Part shown: positions 26,340 to 38,703 of the stretch, piece by piece
Layout of the letters: each line of letters begins with the position of its first letter
Position numbering within the stretch: the first letter of the stretch is position 1
Assembly (NCBI RefSeq): GCF_006345805.1
Contig: NC_043002.1
Location: forward strand, 84,754,001-84,818,000
DNA: 64,000 nt
DNA from: Octopus sinensis
Taxonomy: Eukaryota
Reading direction: 5' to 3'
Program-made: the position numbers and the translations under genes
Notes under the pieces: model-generated
What the model was told of the DNA's origin: nothing
What the model saw: the letters and a program-made list of their open reading frames with translations, nothing else
Database searches by the model: none

Positions 26340-26566
26340 AATTCGTTTTTGGAATATCTCGAGGTGCACTCATAAAACTATAAATAATAACATGTAAATT
26401 CCTCTTTGGATAGAAAAAGTCGAAGGCTGTCTGTGAGACAGGGGATGTGGGTACGTGTCCCGCGAGCAGCCTTCGGGTTTTTGTATTCAAAAAGGGTTTT
26501 CGATCCAATATTTAGATATTATTTATAGCTTTATGTGAATGCTTCGAGATATTCCAAAACCGAATT
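26340..26566. repeat. Imperfect long hairpin (old MITE/foldback)
   Basis: Outer arms ttggaatatctcga / tcgagatattccaa; inner arms cgaaggctg / cagccttcg. Confidence 0.65.
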
Positions 26567-26661
26567 AGTTCACGTTCTCTCGAAAGTTTATTAAATTCTT
26601 ACGACATCGAGAACACATTGTACATTGATTGTTACAAGACACTTTGATGTCAAATTGTCTT

Positions 26662-26881
26662 TGCAGAAACGTTAGCACGCCAGGCGAAATGCTTAGCGAA
26701 ATCTCGTCCGCAGCTACGTCCTAAGTTCAAATTCCGCCGAGGTCGACTTTGCCTTTCATCCTTTTGGGGTCGATTAAATAAGTACCAGTCACGCTCTGGG
26801 GTCGATATAATCGACTTAATCCGTTTGTCTGTCCTTGTTTGTCCCCTCTGTGTTTAGCCCCTTGTGGGTAGTAAAGAAATA
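26662..26881 (+). mobile_element. SINE B, tail type 1
   Basis: Tail tttgtctgtccttgtttgtcccctct...gaaataa. Confidence 0.9.
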
Positions 26882-29096
26882 ACAACTTTGAAGTCAATTT
26901 AAAGTGCAACGAAAATGAAGACATGTGCAGTGTAGTGTTGTTGATGGTCCTTGGTTAGACTGCATCCAACAGACCTATGATCAAAGATATTTCAACAATC
27001 TTATCTTTTCTTCGAAGCATTATAAATCTAGAATACATTTAATAAGATGTCCAAGCGTGTTTTCACGATTTTTTTGGCTATTATTTTCCTGCCTACTGAG
27101 TGATTAAGCAAAGTAAGGGGTAAGGTCTAATGTTTGAAGAGGTTTCGATAGTTTCATGCCTCAAGTTGGTGGAATACTAAAGCATTCCAAAGATCGAAGT
27201 AAACGCTTTACTATTTTGTGTTTCTATGCTCTGAGTTCAATATTTACCGGAGTCATTTAAGTTTCTTGCTATTCTAGGACATGTAAATATATGCCAAATG
27301 TGTAAAATGGTGATGTAAGACACTACACATTTTCACGCAACAATACAACTATCCAACCAACCAACCAACCAACAAACCAGCCAACCAACCAACCAACCAG
27401 CCAACCAACCAACCAACCAAAAAAAAAAAAAAGCCAGCCGACCAATCACACCTGCAATGCACTTCCACACACGCGCACACACACACATACATACAGTTCC
27501 ACATGTATAATCATACATTTGCATATGTACTTTCACATTCAAAAATACACACATGCTCTTTAGCATGCATTCAGTTGCATACACAAGGCACTTGTGCGCA
27601 CGCAACACACGTACACACACGCACACACACACACACGCACACACACACACACGCACACGCACACACACACAAACACACAACAGATAAATGCACATGTGTT
27701 CCCATGTAAACCATTTTGCTTGTGCAAACATTGGCACGTTTAACTGACTTTAATATTATGCGCATCTACAAATGTACATATCCGTATATATTTGTCAGTA
27801 TGCGCTCGCATGTGTTATTTATCAACGTGAATGCGTCAATAGAGATGTGACAGTATGGATGCGGAAATATATATATATATATATCTGTCTGTGTGTGTAT
27901 GTATGCGTGTGAACGTATGCCTGTGTGTGTATGTGTGTCTGTCAGTATGTATGTGACAATATAATGATGTCACTGTATGTACACCAGTGTATATATGTCA
28001 GTATCTATCAATCCGTCTCTCTACCTGTCTGTCTGACTGTTTGTCTGTCTGTCTGTCTGTCTGTCTCTCTATTAGTTCCTGTTTATGTATATAAACTTGT
28101 TTTGCTGTATTATGAATTTTCCCGCTTTTCTTCATCCTATGTGTGTTAGTGTGTGTGAGCGCGCAAATGGATATTTACACACGCACACACACCCACACAT
28201 ATACATGTACATCAGAAATACATAAACACATGCAAAAAAACCAACACTCACACAATTACATACACTCACTCACACAAATAATTATCACATATATTTCCAC
28301 AAATATATACATACACACATAAATACGTACATACATACGCACACATACATACAAGCAAATACATGCACACACAGCTACAAACTTACAAAGATGCATGCAT
28401 ACGTAAGTACAAACATACACACGCACACATATAAATATACACACATATACATACACACATACATGCATGCATACGTGCATACATACATATATACATACAT
28501 GCATGCATACATACATACATACATACGTACATACATACATACGTACGTACATACATACATACATACATACATACATACTTCACTTACGTCATTTACCAGG
28601 TCTCCCTAGGCTTCTCATACTATATTTGCCTCCAGGTATGAAGGCCTCCAGTTATTTTCATCATTAATATTTTATATTTTCTTAAAACAAATTATTTGAT
28701 GCACATACTTACGTGCGCGCATACACACAGACATATTCTCTCTCACACACACACACGCACACGCACACACACACAAACAAACAGACACGCAGAAATACAA
28801 TTTTGTATTTATATTAATTCATAATAGTCTATCTTCATATAAGTTTTAATAATTCATTATGATATAAATGAATCCCTCTAAACTATTGTTTTCACCCAGA
28901 CCCTCACTCTCACCCCCACATACATACATATATATATACACACATACATACATACATGCATACATACATTCCTGCACTTTCATACATACATATACATACA
29001 CATACATACATACATACATACACACATATATATAGGTGTATATATATACTGTGCATATCTATCTATCCATATATATGTATCCCCCTCTCTCTCTTC

Positions 29097-29170
<74 letters not shown>

Positions 29171-29609
29171 ATATATATGCACATACATATTTGTACATAT
29201 ATATATATGTATGTATGTGTATGTGTGTATGTGTGTGTGTATGTGCGTGTGTGTGTGTATTTGGTATGTTATTTTTCTTTCGAAATTACTATTTGTTTGG
29301 TTCTTATCGATTTGTTTCGATGCCTCCAGTTTTACGCAGACAAACCATTATGTTTTTTAATATTTGATGTTTCAGGCGGTTTGAGTTAAATTTTATTAAC
29401 TCGAGATGATGTTGTGAAAGTTGTTTGTGCTTTAATTTGATATTTTCAATGACGTTCATTTACGAATTTAAGTAAACAATTATTGTCAGTAAACAAAGAA
29501 TTTGTTTATTGAAACGAAACTATACGTACGTTTGAAATGTAAGGCATACTTTGTAAAATCATATAGACATCGCGTGAACGCTGTATGAAAACAATGTATA
29601 AGTGTTTGC

Positions 29610-30034
29610 GGATCTTTTCGGTTTGAACGGCAGCTTTTAACATAATTTCTAGGTAACTAAAAGATTTTAAACTTCGTATACTGGTAGAATGTGTTTATAA
29701 AACATCTTTTTCTCTTGGCTTTATTGAGAAAATTCTATAGTTTGTAAGATATTTGTTGTTTTTTTCTTCAATTTCTGCAATTTCAACCAATCAGTGACGT
29801 CTATTGAGGTAAACAACATTCTGTGCTGTATGAATATGTCCCTCATTTAAGAAACAGATTGGGTTTATTTACATTTGTGAAGAAAAAAAGATACCCTTCC
29901 TCCACCCCTAACTCTAACTAACCTTAACCCTAAAATATATTGAAATGCAATAGGTCGATACTAGGGTCATAATTATAGGTGACAATTTCATATGACACCG
30001 CTAGAAAAAGCTGCCGTTCAAACCGAAAAGATCC
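29610..30034. mobile_element. Merlin-like MITE with 8-bp TSD
   Basis: TIR GGATCTTTTCGGTTTGAACGGCAGCTTTT at both ends; TSD gtgtttgc at 29602-29609 and 30035-30042. GG..CC ends with an 8-bp TSD fit Merlin. Confidence 0.8.
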
Positions 30035-30289
30035 GTGTTTGCTATAAGCAACGACACAATGAAGAGGGCTTGTATCTAGTTTCTCGATCTGCTTATAGTA
30101 GCAGCCAAATCTTCATCAGCGCATACTCTGCTACCTTCGGAAACGAGTAACGCACTTGTTAATCTGACTCCAGACACAATGTGTCAGAAATACGATGAAG
30201 AATGGATGATCACGGGTGAAATGGCTTTTTTAGCTTTCACTACAATAATTTAATGCAAACCTAGTGTTCATATACTTCTGACATATATG

Positions 30290-30315
30290 AGCACCACACA
30301 CGCACGCACACACGC

Positions 30316-30346
<31 letters not shown>

Positions 30347-30357
30347 CACACACACAC

Positions 30358-30391
<34 letters not shown>

Positions 30392-30450
30392 GCACACACA
30401 CACAGACAAGCACACACACACAGACAAACACACACACACACACACATACA

Positions 30451-30495
<45 letters not shown>

Positions 30496-30552
30496 CACAC
30501 ACACACACACACACACCACACACACACACACACACAAGCACACACACACAGA

Positions 30553-30612
<60 letters not shown>

Positions 30613-30630
30613 TACATACATACACACATA
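30290..30630. repeat. Long (CA)n microsatellite
   Basis: Seen directly. Confidence 0.95.
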
Positions 30631-30672
30631 TCTACATTTTTAAAATTCTTTTATTATTTTACTTGCTTCAAG

Positions 30673-31104
30673 GGCGGTGAGCTGGCAGAAACGTTAGCAC
30701 ACGGGCGAAATGCTTAGCGGTATTTCGTCTGCTGCTACGTTCTGAGTTCAAATTCCGCCGAGGTCAACTTTGCCTTTCATCCTTTCGGGGTCGATTAGAT
30801 AAGTACCAGTTACGCACTGGAGTCGATATAATCGACTTAATCCCTTTGTCTGTCCTTGCTTGTCCCCTCTATATTTAGCCCCTTGTGAGCAATAAAGAAA
30901 TAAGAAGCATTAGCACGCCAGGCAAAATGCTTAGTGCTATTTCGTCTGCCGCAAAGTTCTGAGTTTAAATTCCGCCGAGGTTGACTTTGGCTTTCATCCT
31001 TTTTCGAGGTCGATAAACTAAGTACCAGTTACGCACTGGAGTTGATGTTGTCAACTATCCCCCTCCCCCAAATTTCAGGCATTGTGCCTATAGTAGAAAG
31101 GATT
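30673..31104 (+). mobile_element. Tandem SINE B pair: tail type 1 (30673-30903) then tail type 2 (30904-31104)
   Basis: Two heads and bodies in series with different tails. Confidence 0.85.
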
Positions 31105-31310
31105 TTTTTTACTTGTTTCAGTCATTTGACTGCGGCCATGCCGCAGCACCGCCTTCAAAGGTTATAGTCGGAGAACTCGACCCCAGGACTTATTCGTTGT
31201 TAGCCTAGTACTTATTTTATCGCTCTCTTTTGTCGAACGAGCAAGTTACGGGGACGTAAACACACGAACATCGGTCATCAAACAATGTTGTTTGGGACAA
31301 ACACAAACAT
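31105..31310 (-). mobile_element. SINE A, 3' half
   Basis: Homology to family A. Confidence 0.8.
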
Positions 31311-31328
31311 AAAGACGCACATACACAT

Positions 31329-31365
<37 letters not shown>

Positions 31366-31496
31366 ATGCATATACATACATACATACATACATACACACA
31401 TACATACATACATTCATATATACATTGTATTTCGGGATTGTCATTTTATTTACTTATTTATTTATTGCCAAATATACACATGCACTATATGTGTGT

Positions 31497-31538
<42 letters not shown>

Positions 31539-31704
31539 TTCTTCACTCGTTTATTATTTTAACTTACGTCCATTATCCGGAAATCTTTCGTCACATATCT
31601 GTAGCCTTCAGCGACATTTTTGGCTTCCGTGTGTGTTCTTGCTCCACTTTCTCCATTCTGTTCTTTTAAGATGTGTATCCTTATGTGCGCATGCGTTGTA
31701 TCCT

Positions 31705-31742
<38 letters not shown>

Positions 31743-31774
31743 GTGTGTGTGTATGAGTGTATGAGTGTGTGTAT

Positions 31775-31816
<42 letters not shown>

Positions 31817-32635
31817 ATCATAATTAACTGATCTTCCTGTATTTTCTTTTACCCAAAGCCCGGAACTTTTCAGCAACCCTTCGTATACACGACGGGCTTG
31901 TTTTCAGTTTCCGCCGACCAAATTAGCTTACAGAGCGGAGAAATGTTTTCAGCTGATTCAATGACTCTTTTGATTTCAAGTGATAAAGCAATCTTATATT
32001 GTTAATACATCGAAAGGAACAAACGATTCAACATTCAATATTTAGTTCTTGTTGCTAAAATAAAAATACCCAAATAAGATACTAATAAGGTTAATTTGTA
32101 CATTATTGGTTTTTAGTAAATTGTTGAGTGCTTAGTGAGAGCTTTATTTTGTTCTCATTTATCTAGTTTTAGCTGATACACAATGTCATCTCAAGGCATG
32201 GACACACTGAGTAGATGCTGGAGGGCCTCACGAACCCAAGGTTCACTTCTAATCGATGTATGCTTTGGTTTTTCGTCAATAAATAATTACTATAGGGCCC
32301 AGTGCAATGATTCCCCCCGGGAGCCTATTATGTTGTTAAGATGGCACCTGCTGATCCATGTAGGGAAACTATGAAACAGAAGGAACAAATTGACTAAAGT
32401 GAGGTCTCTACTGATAGAATTTGACATATTCTTTATTTCAGAAATTTTCAAGAGGTAATAACAAAGCCGTAGAAGGCTATTGATACTCCAGCTACTTTTT
32501 TTTTATATTCGAGTCTTTCAATCATTGAGTTTACATAATAAGTCTTTCCAGAAAAGTAAGAAAGATTTTAACAGATTATTCTAATAGTTCAATAAAGAAT
32601 AAGTGTTTAGACAGTTGTGAAAATTTTGGGTTATG

Positions 32636-33184
32636 TTTATGTGGTAAGAAGCTTGCTTTCCAACCACATGGTTCCGGGTTCAGTCCCACTGCGTAACACC
32701 TTGGGCAAGTGTCTTGTGAGTGGATTTGATACACGGAAACTGAAGGAAGCTCGTCGTATATATATATATATATAGCAATTAAGGACAACTACTTAATAAG
32801 GAAAACTTAACAAGAAATTGTCAGGTAGATAGCGTAAAAACCTCATAAGAGAAAAAATTTCGAAAATAATTATTTCTTATTGAACATATTAATTTATATA
32901 TAGAGGGCATTATACATACATGCCAGAAGGCATTATACATACATGCCAAACGCTAAGAGGGACAATTAGTCATTTCTACCAAAAATATTACTAATCCCAC
33001 CGAATGCAATTTTTCAAAGTAAGACATTTAAAAAAATATACAGGTCTATATTTTTTTAAATGTCTTACTTTGAAAAAATTGCATTCGGTGGGATTAGTAA
33101 ATTTTTGGTAGAAATGACTAATTGTCCCTCTTAGCGTTTGGCATGTATGTATAATGCCTTCTGGCATGTATGTATAATGCCCTC

Positions 33185-33234
<50 letters not shown>

Positions 33235-33450
33235 TATGTGTGGTGTGTGTGTGTATGTATGTATATGTTTGTCCCCACCATCGCTTGATAACCGATGTTG
33301 GTGTGTTTACATCCTCGTAACTTAGCAGTTCTTCAAAAGTGACTGATAGAATAAGTACTAGGCTTACAAAGTCATGAGGTCGATTTGTTCGTCTAGCGGT
33401 GGTGCTTCAGCATGGCCATAGTCAAATGACTGAAACCAATAAAAGAAAGT
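32636..33450 (+). mobile_element. SINE A split by a palindromic insertion in its internal (TA)n
   Basis: Head at 32636-32760 and 3' half at about 33255-33450. Confidence 0.8.
32775..33192. mobile_element. Palindromic member of the 4763-5068 family (146-bp arms, loop CAGGTC at 33041-33046)
   Basis: Arms 32895-33040 and 33047-33192 differ by about two indels; first 48 nt are identical to 4763-4810. Confidence 0.9.
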
Positions 33451-33555
33451 ATATAAATATATAGTTATATTAGCTACAAAGGACATCAAAAACCAAGGCA
33501 GGACAAGCATCTCAAGTCATTTATAATTATTTAATTAGGGTAAGGTTAATTTAAA

Positions 33556-33631
33556 GTCTTACAGCTGTTTCTGGGATATCTCAAGTGATAGGCTAGCATG
33601 TCTGTACACTGGCTATTCCGTCATCAGAGAC
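33556..33631 (-). ncRNA. Type I hammerhead motif with extended stem II region
   Basis: gtct CTGATGA cggaata...tatccca GAAAC agct GTA agac; palindromic stem III ACAGCTGT; C.A at the base of stem II. Confidence 0.55.
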
Positions 33632-33864
33632 AAGGTGAATATATATGAAAGTTCTAGACAAAGAAAATTCACAGTGGAATTTCACATACCATTAACCGAC
33701 ATACCATAGAATCTCCCCCTACCATAAACCTAATCATTACCTCAGATACATTAACATAGATTCTAATCACCATAAATCTACCTTCGATAGTATAACCAAA
33801 GGCATATCTATCCGGATATCGGATCTTTCAGCCACGGAAGAAATCTTCAATACTACAACCAGCT

Positions 33865-33978
33865 GCTAGCGGCTAGATTAATGAGAACAAAACAATACTA
33901 ATCTAGCGGCTAGATTAATGAGAACAAAACAATACTAATCTAGCGGCTAGATTAATGAGAACATAACAAGCCGCTAGC
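33865..33978. repeat. 37-bp tandem repeat (about 3 copies) with internal palindrome
   Basis: Unit aatctagcggctagattaatgagaacaaaacaatact. Confidence 0.9.
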
Positions 33979-34268
33979 GACTTCTCCTAGCAAATGAAAT
34001 TCATAGCAAACACTAGGCTTAAAAAATACATCTCTGAACTCAGCCCGTGGAGACATGCCCCACTAATAGACACATTAACCCTCCCAATTTAGATAGAAAA
34101 ACCAAAACCCACGCTAGAAACATAGAAGGACCTCGAATGAAATGTTCTCGTCCGTCCTGCGCTCACCCGTATAACACTCGGTCGAAATTCAAACAGATAA
34201 ACTACATTGAATCCTGCAACTTCCCTCTAACAAATACTACAGATTATACTTCCCCTACATTGCCTAAT

Positions 34269-34575
34269 GTGGAGGCGTAATGGCCCAGTGGTTGGGACAG
34301 CGGACTCGCGGTCGTAGGATCGCGGTTTCGATTCCCAAACCGGGCGTTGTGAGCGTTTATTGAGCGAAAACACCTATAGCTCCACGAGGCTCCGGCAGGG
34401 GGTGGTGGCGATCCCTGTCTTTACTCTTTCGCCACAACTTTCTCTCACTCTTTCCTCTGTTGGTCTGCTCGCTTAGCCAGCGGGGTGGCGTCATTTGAAG
34501 GCTAAAACAATGCGAAGCGCATTGTGACCAGCGATGTAGCAGCATCTGATAGACTGGTCGGTCACGGTCACGGTG
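34269..34575 (+). mobile_element. tRNA-headed SINE with 12-bp TSD inside the PLE
   Basis: TSD acattgcctaat at 34257-34268 and 34576-34587; A/B-box-like motifs. Confidence 0.9.
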
Positions 34576-34939
34576 ACATTGCCTAATAAAAGCGGGGGAG
34601 ATCGATTCTCTGGTTCATCCCCACCACATTCGCTTTAAATGTTAAGAGATTAGCTAAAACTTTTTCCCGCATCACCATAAGTGCCATTCAATCTTCAACA
34701 GATCTACTCTGAAATTATCTTATTCCTCCCCGCCCAACATAGAATCTATTGTTACCTCATCCAATAAGCCTACTCAAAATTCCTACTACTTAAATATATA
34801 TAATCATAACATAGGCCAATAACAGCGAAAGCACTAGCATCAAACATGATAACATAGACTACGCCCATAATCATAGCACTATAACTAGCACAAACCAGGA
34901 TGCGAATATCCCCGCTTCCGAGGAAGGTTGGAGTACGGC

Positions 34940-34942
34940 TGT

Positions 34943-35036
<94 letters not shown>

Positions 35037-35046
35037 TACTACTACT

Positions 35047-35121
<75 letters not shown>

Positions 35122-35160
35122 ATAATAATAATAATAATAACAGCAATAATAATGATGCAA
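34940..35160. repeat. (ACT)n/(AAT)n microsatellite
   Basis: Seen directly. Confidence 0.95.
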
Positions 35161-35454
35161 GCCAATCCCCTAGTTACTCTTAACTTTAATTTGTCCATAA
35201 ATAGTACAACATCTTACCTCTCCATCTGCGTAAGACAGGTAGTTGCAACTGCCGATCCGGGATCGAATGCCCGCTGCAGAAGGTTTAACGTAGATTATAT
35301 AAATGCATTGTACACAACATATTACATAATTTTACTAGTTACTACATCAGGTCTACTATTAATTTTAAATAGAAACATTCTGCACATCAAAGCTCATTTG
35401 AATATGAAGAACATAGCAAATCCACGTCCCTAGCCAACTGCATATACCACCTAA

Positions 35455-35570
35455 TAAATAGGAAAGTCGGAGACCCCCTTCGGTCACGAATGACCATGTG
35501 ATTGCACCTAGAAAGTTCCCCCCCTTCCCGAGGCACAAGTCCCGGTTGTTTATGGAAGACCAGCAGTCTT
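35455..35570 (-). mobile_element. SINE C fragment
   Basis: Homologous to 3487-3590. Confidence 0.7.
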
Positions 35571-36390
35571 CTCAGAATTAATTCTCTGGTTACTTGGAAG
35601 AAGCTCATAGTACAGAATTCCTTTCCAATCCCACCAGACACAAAGTAAGACATTTTTAGGGTGAAGACCCGCTTTTGGGGTGGCTAAATGTGGCTCATAT
35701 CGCTTACTCCAGGATCGCTTTCTCTGAACATTTCGGTAGATAACCCCTTTCTCATCACCTGTCACAATTTGCTTTAAAAAGGCGCCTTTTCATTCCGTTT
35801 ATAAAGCGAATCACAGATGTAAATGCTATCCAAAAGGTTCTTCTCACTCAACTCTTGTGGTACCCAAACATCGTAGCGATTTGTGTACCCAAGCTTTACC
35901 AGGTGCTCATGAACGATAGATTTTGATAGGTTGAGGCTTTCTGCCAATTCTCGAGTTGTGCAATGTGGGGTATTCTTAATTAATGACTTGATCTGGTCAT
36001 CATCAGTAGTGAATAGTCTGTCTCATCACTCTTTATCAATAAGGCTACAATCTCCAGCTCAGAACCTTGCGAAACACTTCCGTACACTTCTTTCGTATTA
36101 AGAAAGATCACCGTAAACTGCGCATATTTCTTTGGTTGCTTGTGATGCATTTTCCCTTCACAAAAAAGAAAAGCATCAAGTGCCGAAAATTAACTTTCTT
36201 ATCTTCCATTTTAAAGGGTTACAGAATTAACACAGGTTATAGGAACATAAACTTTCTTTCACGAAAAGATAGCTTAAACTGTACTCTAAATGGAGGTGTA
36301 GTCAAATCCTATTTTATGGACTCAACCATGTTCTAAAACAAGTCGAAAAATAAGTTACTATAAATCGGCACGAACTTTCCTGATAACCCA
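35571..36390 (-). mobile_element. Truncated decayed mariner
   Basis: TGDEK...LHPKNVLLCVWWDWKGILYYELL; TIR aaatcggcacgaactttcctgataaccca|TA. Confidence 0.85.
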
Positions 36391-36630
36391 TACACACACA
36401 CACACACACACACATACACACAACACACACACCACACACACACACACCCACATCACATATATTAATATATATATATATATATATTAGAAGAAATGAGGTA
36501 CTCACAAAATCGGATGGTTTATATTTACATATATTTAGTTATATATTACATTTTATATATATATATATCATATCACTTAGATCATTAGCGCTTTCTCCCA
36601 TTCTAGTGGGGTTTTCAAATCAAACTCAGT

Positions 36631-36663
<33 letters not shown>

Positions 36664-36709
36664 CACACACGCACACACACATACACAATATAGACATATA
36701 TGTATATAT

Positions 36710-36756
<47 letters not shown>

Positions 36757-36813
36757 CATACATACATATACACATATATAAATATAAATACATTATACAT
36801 ATAAACATAATAT

Positions 36814-36855
<42 letters not shown>

Positions 36856-36887
36856 ATAGATAGGAGATGGAATGTGTAATAGACGTT

Positions 36888-36940
36888 ATTGAGTGCAACA
36901 CATGTTTCGACCCGTCCTGGGTCTCTTCAAGTACATCAAT
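36888..36940 (-). ncRNA. Hammerhead motif with C3U change
   Basis: TTGAAGA gaccc..gggtc GAAAC atgt GTT gcactcaat. Confidence 0.5.
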
Positions 36941-37156
36941 AAAAAGTTTCACTAGATATTTCATGAGTCGGTTTAAGTACCGCTATATGTCCATCAAATT
37001 CGAGAATGTGTAAAATCAGAGAATAATTATTGAAACGCAAAAAATTCTAACATGAACATGGAAAGTATACATTTTAGGTTAGAGAAAATGACGTAATGAG
37101 CTTTCGCTGTTGTAACTGTTAAGAGAAACAAAAGGAAGATGATAGTGAGACTTTTT

Positions 37157-37209
37157 ATTGATGTATCTGAAGAGACCTAGAAAGGGTCGAAACATGTGTT
37201 GTACCCAAT
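37157..37209 (+). ncRNA. Type I hammerhead motif
   Basis: attg-at-gtat CTGAAGA gacc-tagaaag-ggtc GAAAC atgt GTT gtac-c-caat; predicted cut after 37200. Confidence 0.7.
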
Positions 37210-37362
37210 GAAGTCTATTACACATTCCATCTACGAATTTCCTGCAAATAATCTACGGATAACAAGTAATCGAAATTGTGACAGTCCTTTACTCATCATC
37301 TATTACATTTTGTACAATTTCTCCATTATGTATACACACACACACACACACATATATAAAGC

Positions 37363-37427
<65 letters not shown>

Positions 37428-37496
37428 GCCGGAGAACTCAGTGATATATAATGAAGATTAAAGATAAATGATCAAATGTTATATTTAATTGAAATT

Positions 37497-38703
37497 TAAT
37501 CATCAATGTACTTTCCCTGACTATCTAGGACTTCCTTCCATCTATTTACAAGCTTTTTAATCCAATCAATGTAAAACTCTTTTAGTTTCAAAGCGAAGAA
37601 CTCTGAAATGTCAGTTTCGACCTCCTCCTGGCTTGCAAAAGATATGTACCCCAAATGATTCTGTAAACTACGAAACAAATGGTAGTCTGAAGGAGCAAGG
37701 TCAGGATAATAAGGTGGATGAGGAATTTTTTCCCAACCAAGCTCTTCAATCTTCTGTGATGTGATCTTTGCAGTGTGAGGTCGCGCATTGTCCTGATGAA
37801 ATATCAATCCTTTTCGATTCACTAAAACGATTCTTTTTTTCTTCAAAGCTTGGTTCAAATGCTCTCATTGCTGACAGTAGACTTGAGCATTGATTGTTGC
37901 ATTAGGTGGTAACAATTCAAAGTGAATTACTCCTTCGCAATCCCACCAAATAGAGAGAACTTTTTTCCATGAAGCTCCCTTCTCGGTTGTGGTTGAGCCT
38001 TTTCCCTTTTACCAAGCCACTGTTTACGACGTTTAACATTTCGATAGAAGATCCATTTTTCTTGATCAGTCAAAAGTCTATAGAAAAGGGTGAAATGAGT
38101 TCGCGAGAATGGAGAGAAGAGCAGATGTCAACTCGTGATTTGCGGTTGCTTTCAGACAATTCATGAGGCACCCATTTTTCAAGTTTAGGAACCTTTCCAA
38201 GTTGTTGAAGATGATGATGAACAGTTGTATGGTTTGAACTAAGCGTTATTGCTAATTCTTCAACTGATAATACAGGATTTTCTTCAAGTAATGCCTCAAG
38301 GAGCTTATCATCAAACTCAACTGGATGTCCTGTTCGAGCTTCATCTTCAAGGCTGAAATCTACACTTCTGAATTTTGCAAACCATCTTCTGCAAGTTCTT
38401 TCATTCAAGCATTCTATCCCATTAATTGAGTGTATGTTTCGAGTCGCTTCGGCTGCAGAGTTTCCTTTTTTGTACTCATAAAGCATTGTGTGCCTCAAAT
38501 GCTCTTTGGATACTTTCATGTTAGAAAGGGTTTTAATCGAAGAAATTTTAATTTTATTATTCTGTAAAATAATATTTAATTAGTTTAAATGTACACAAAT
38601 GCATAAAAATAATTTTTAATTCCACTAAACATTCTAAAATACTATTAAATTTCATTCAATTTTAATACAGGTAAAATCGGACAGAAATTATGGGATGACT
38701 TGA
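37497..38703 (-). mobile_element. Near full-length mariner (Hsmar1/SETMAR-like transposase), frameshifted
   Basis: HLRHTMLYEY...WVPHEL...DNARPH...HPPYYPDLAPSDYHLF...GKYIDD; one TIR ending at 38703|TA. Confidence 0.92.

Larger units (their letters stand above)
33480..35460 (+). pseudogene. 5'-truncated Penelope-like element (RT thumb, linker, GIY-YIG) with inverted terminal repeat
   Basis: YHKPNHYLRYINIDSNHH...IRISDLSATEEIFN; ILWFIP; IFNRSTLKLSYS; SCNCRSGIECPL; YIRSTINFK.KH..HQSSF...STSL. Interrupted by a SINE and an (ACT)n expansion. Confidence 0.8.
36866..37230. mobile_element. Inverted pair of hammerhead-bearing terminal repeats (arms 36866-36953 and 37143-37230)
   Basis: Arms are diverged reverse complements; each carries a hammerhead motif. 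Confidence 0.8.

Noticed and set aside
30070-30125. Hammerhead on minus (CTGATGA...GAAAC)
   Set aside because: Stem II does not abut GAAA and no NUH plus stem I follows.
34269-34350. tRNA gene (also 23575-23654 and 19800-19875)
   Set aside because: The tRNA-like heads continue into SINE bodies, one with a TSD, and I could not build a clean cloverleaf.
37497-38519. Functional or domesticated mariner transposase gene
   Set aside because: Split across frames with stops; only one TIR found.
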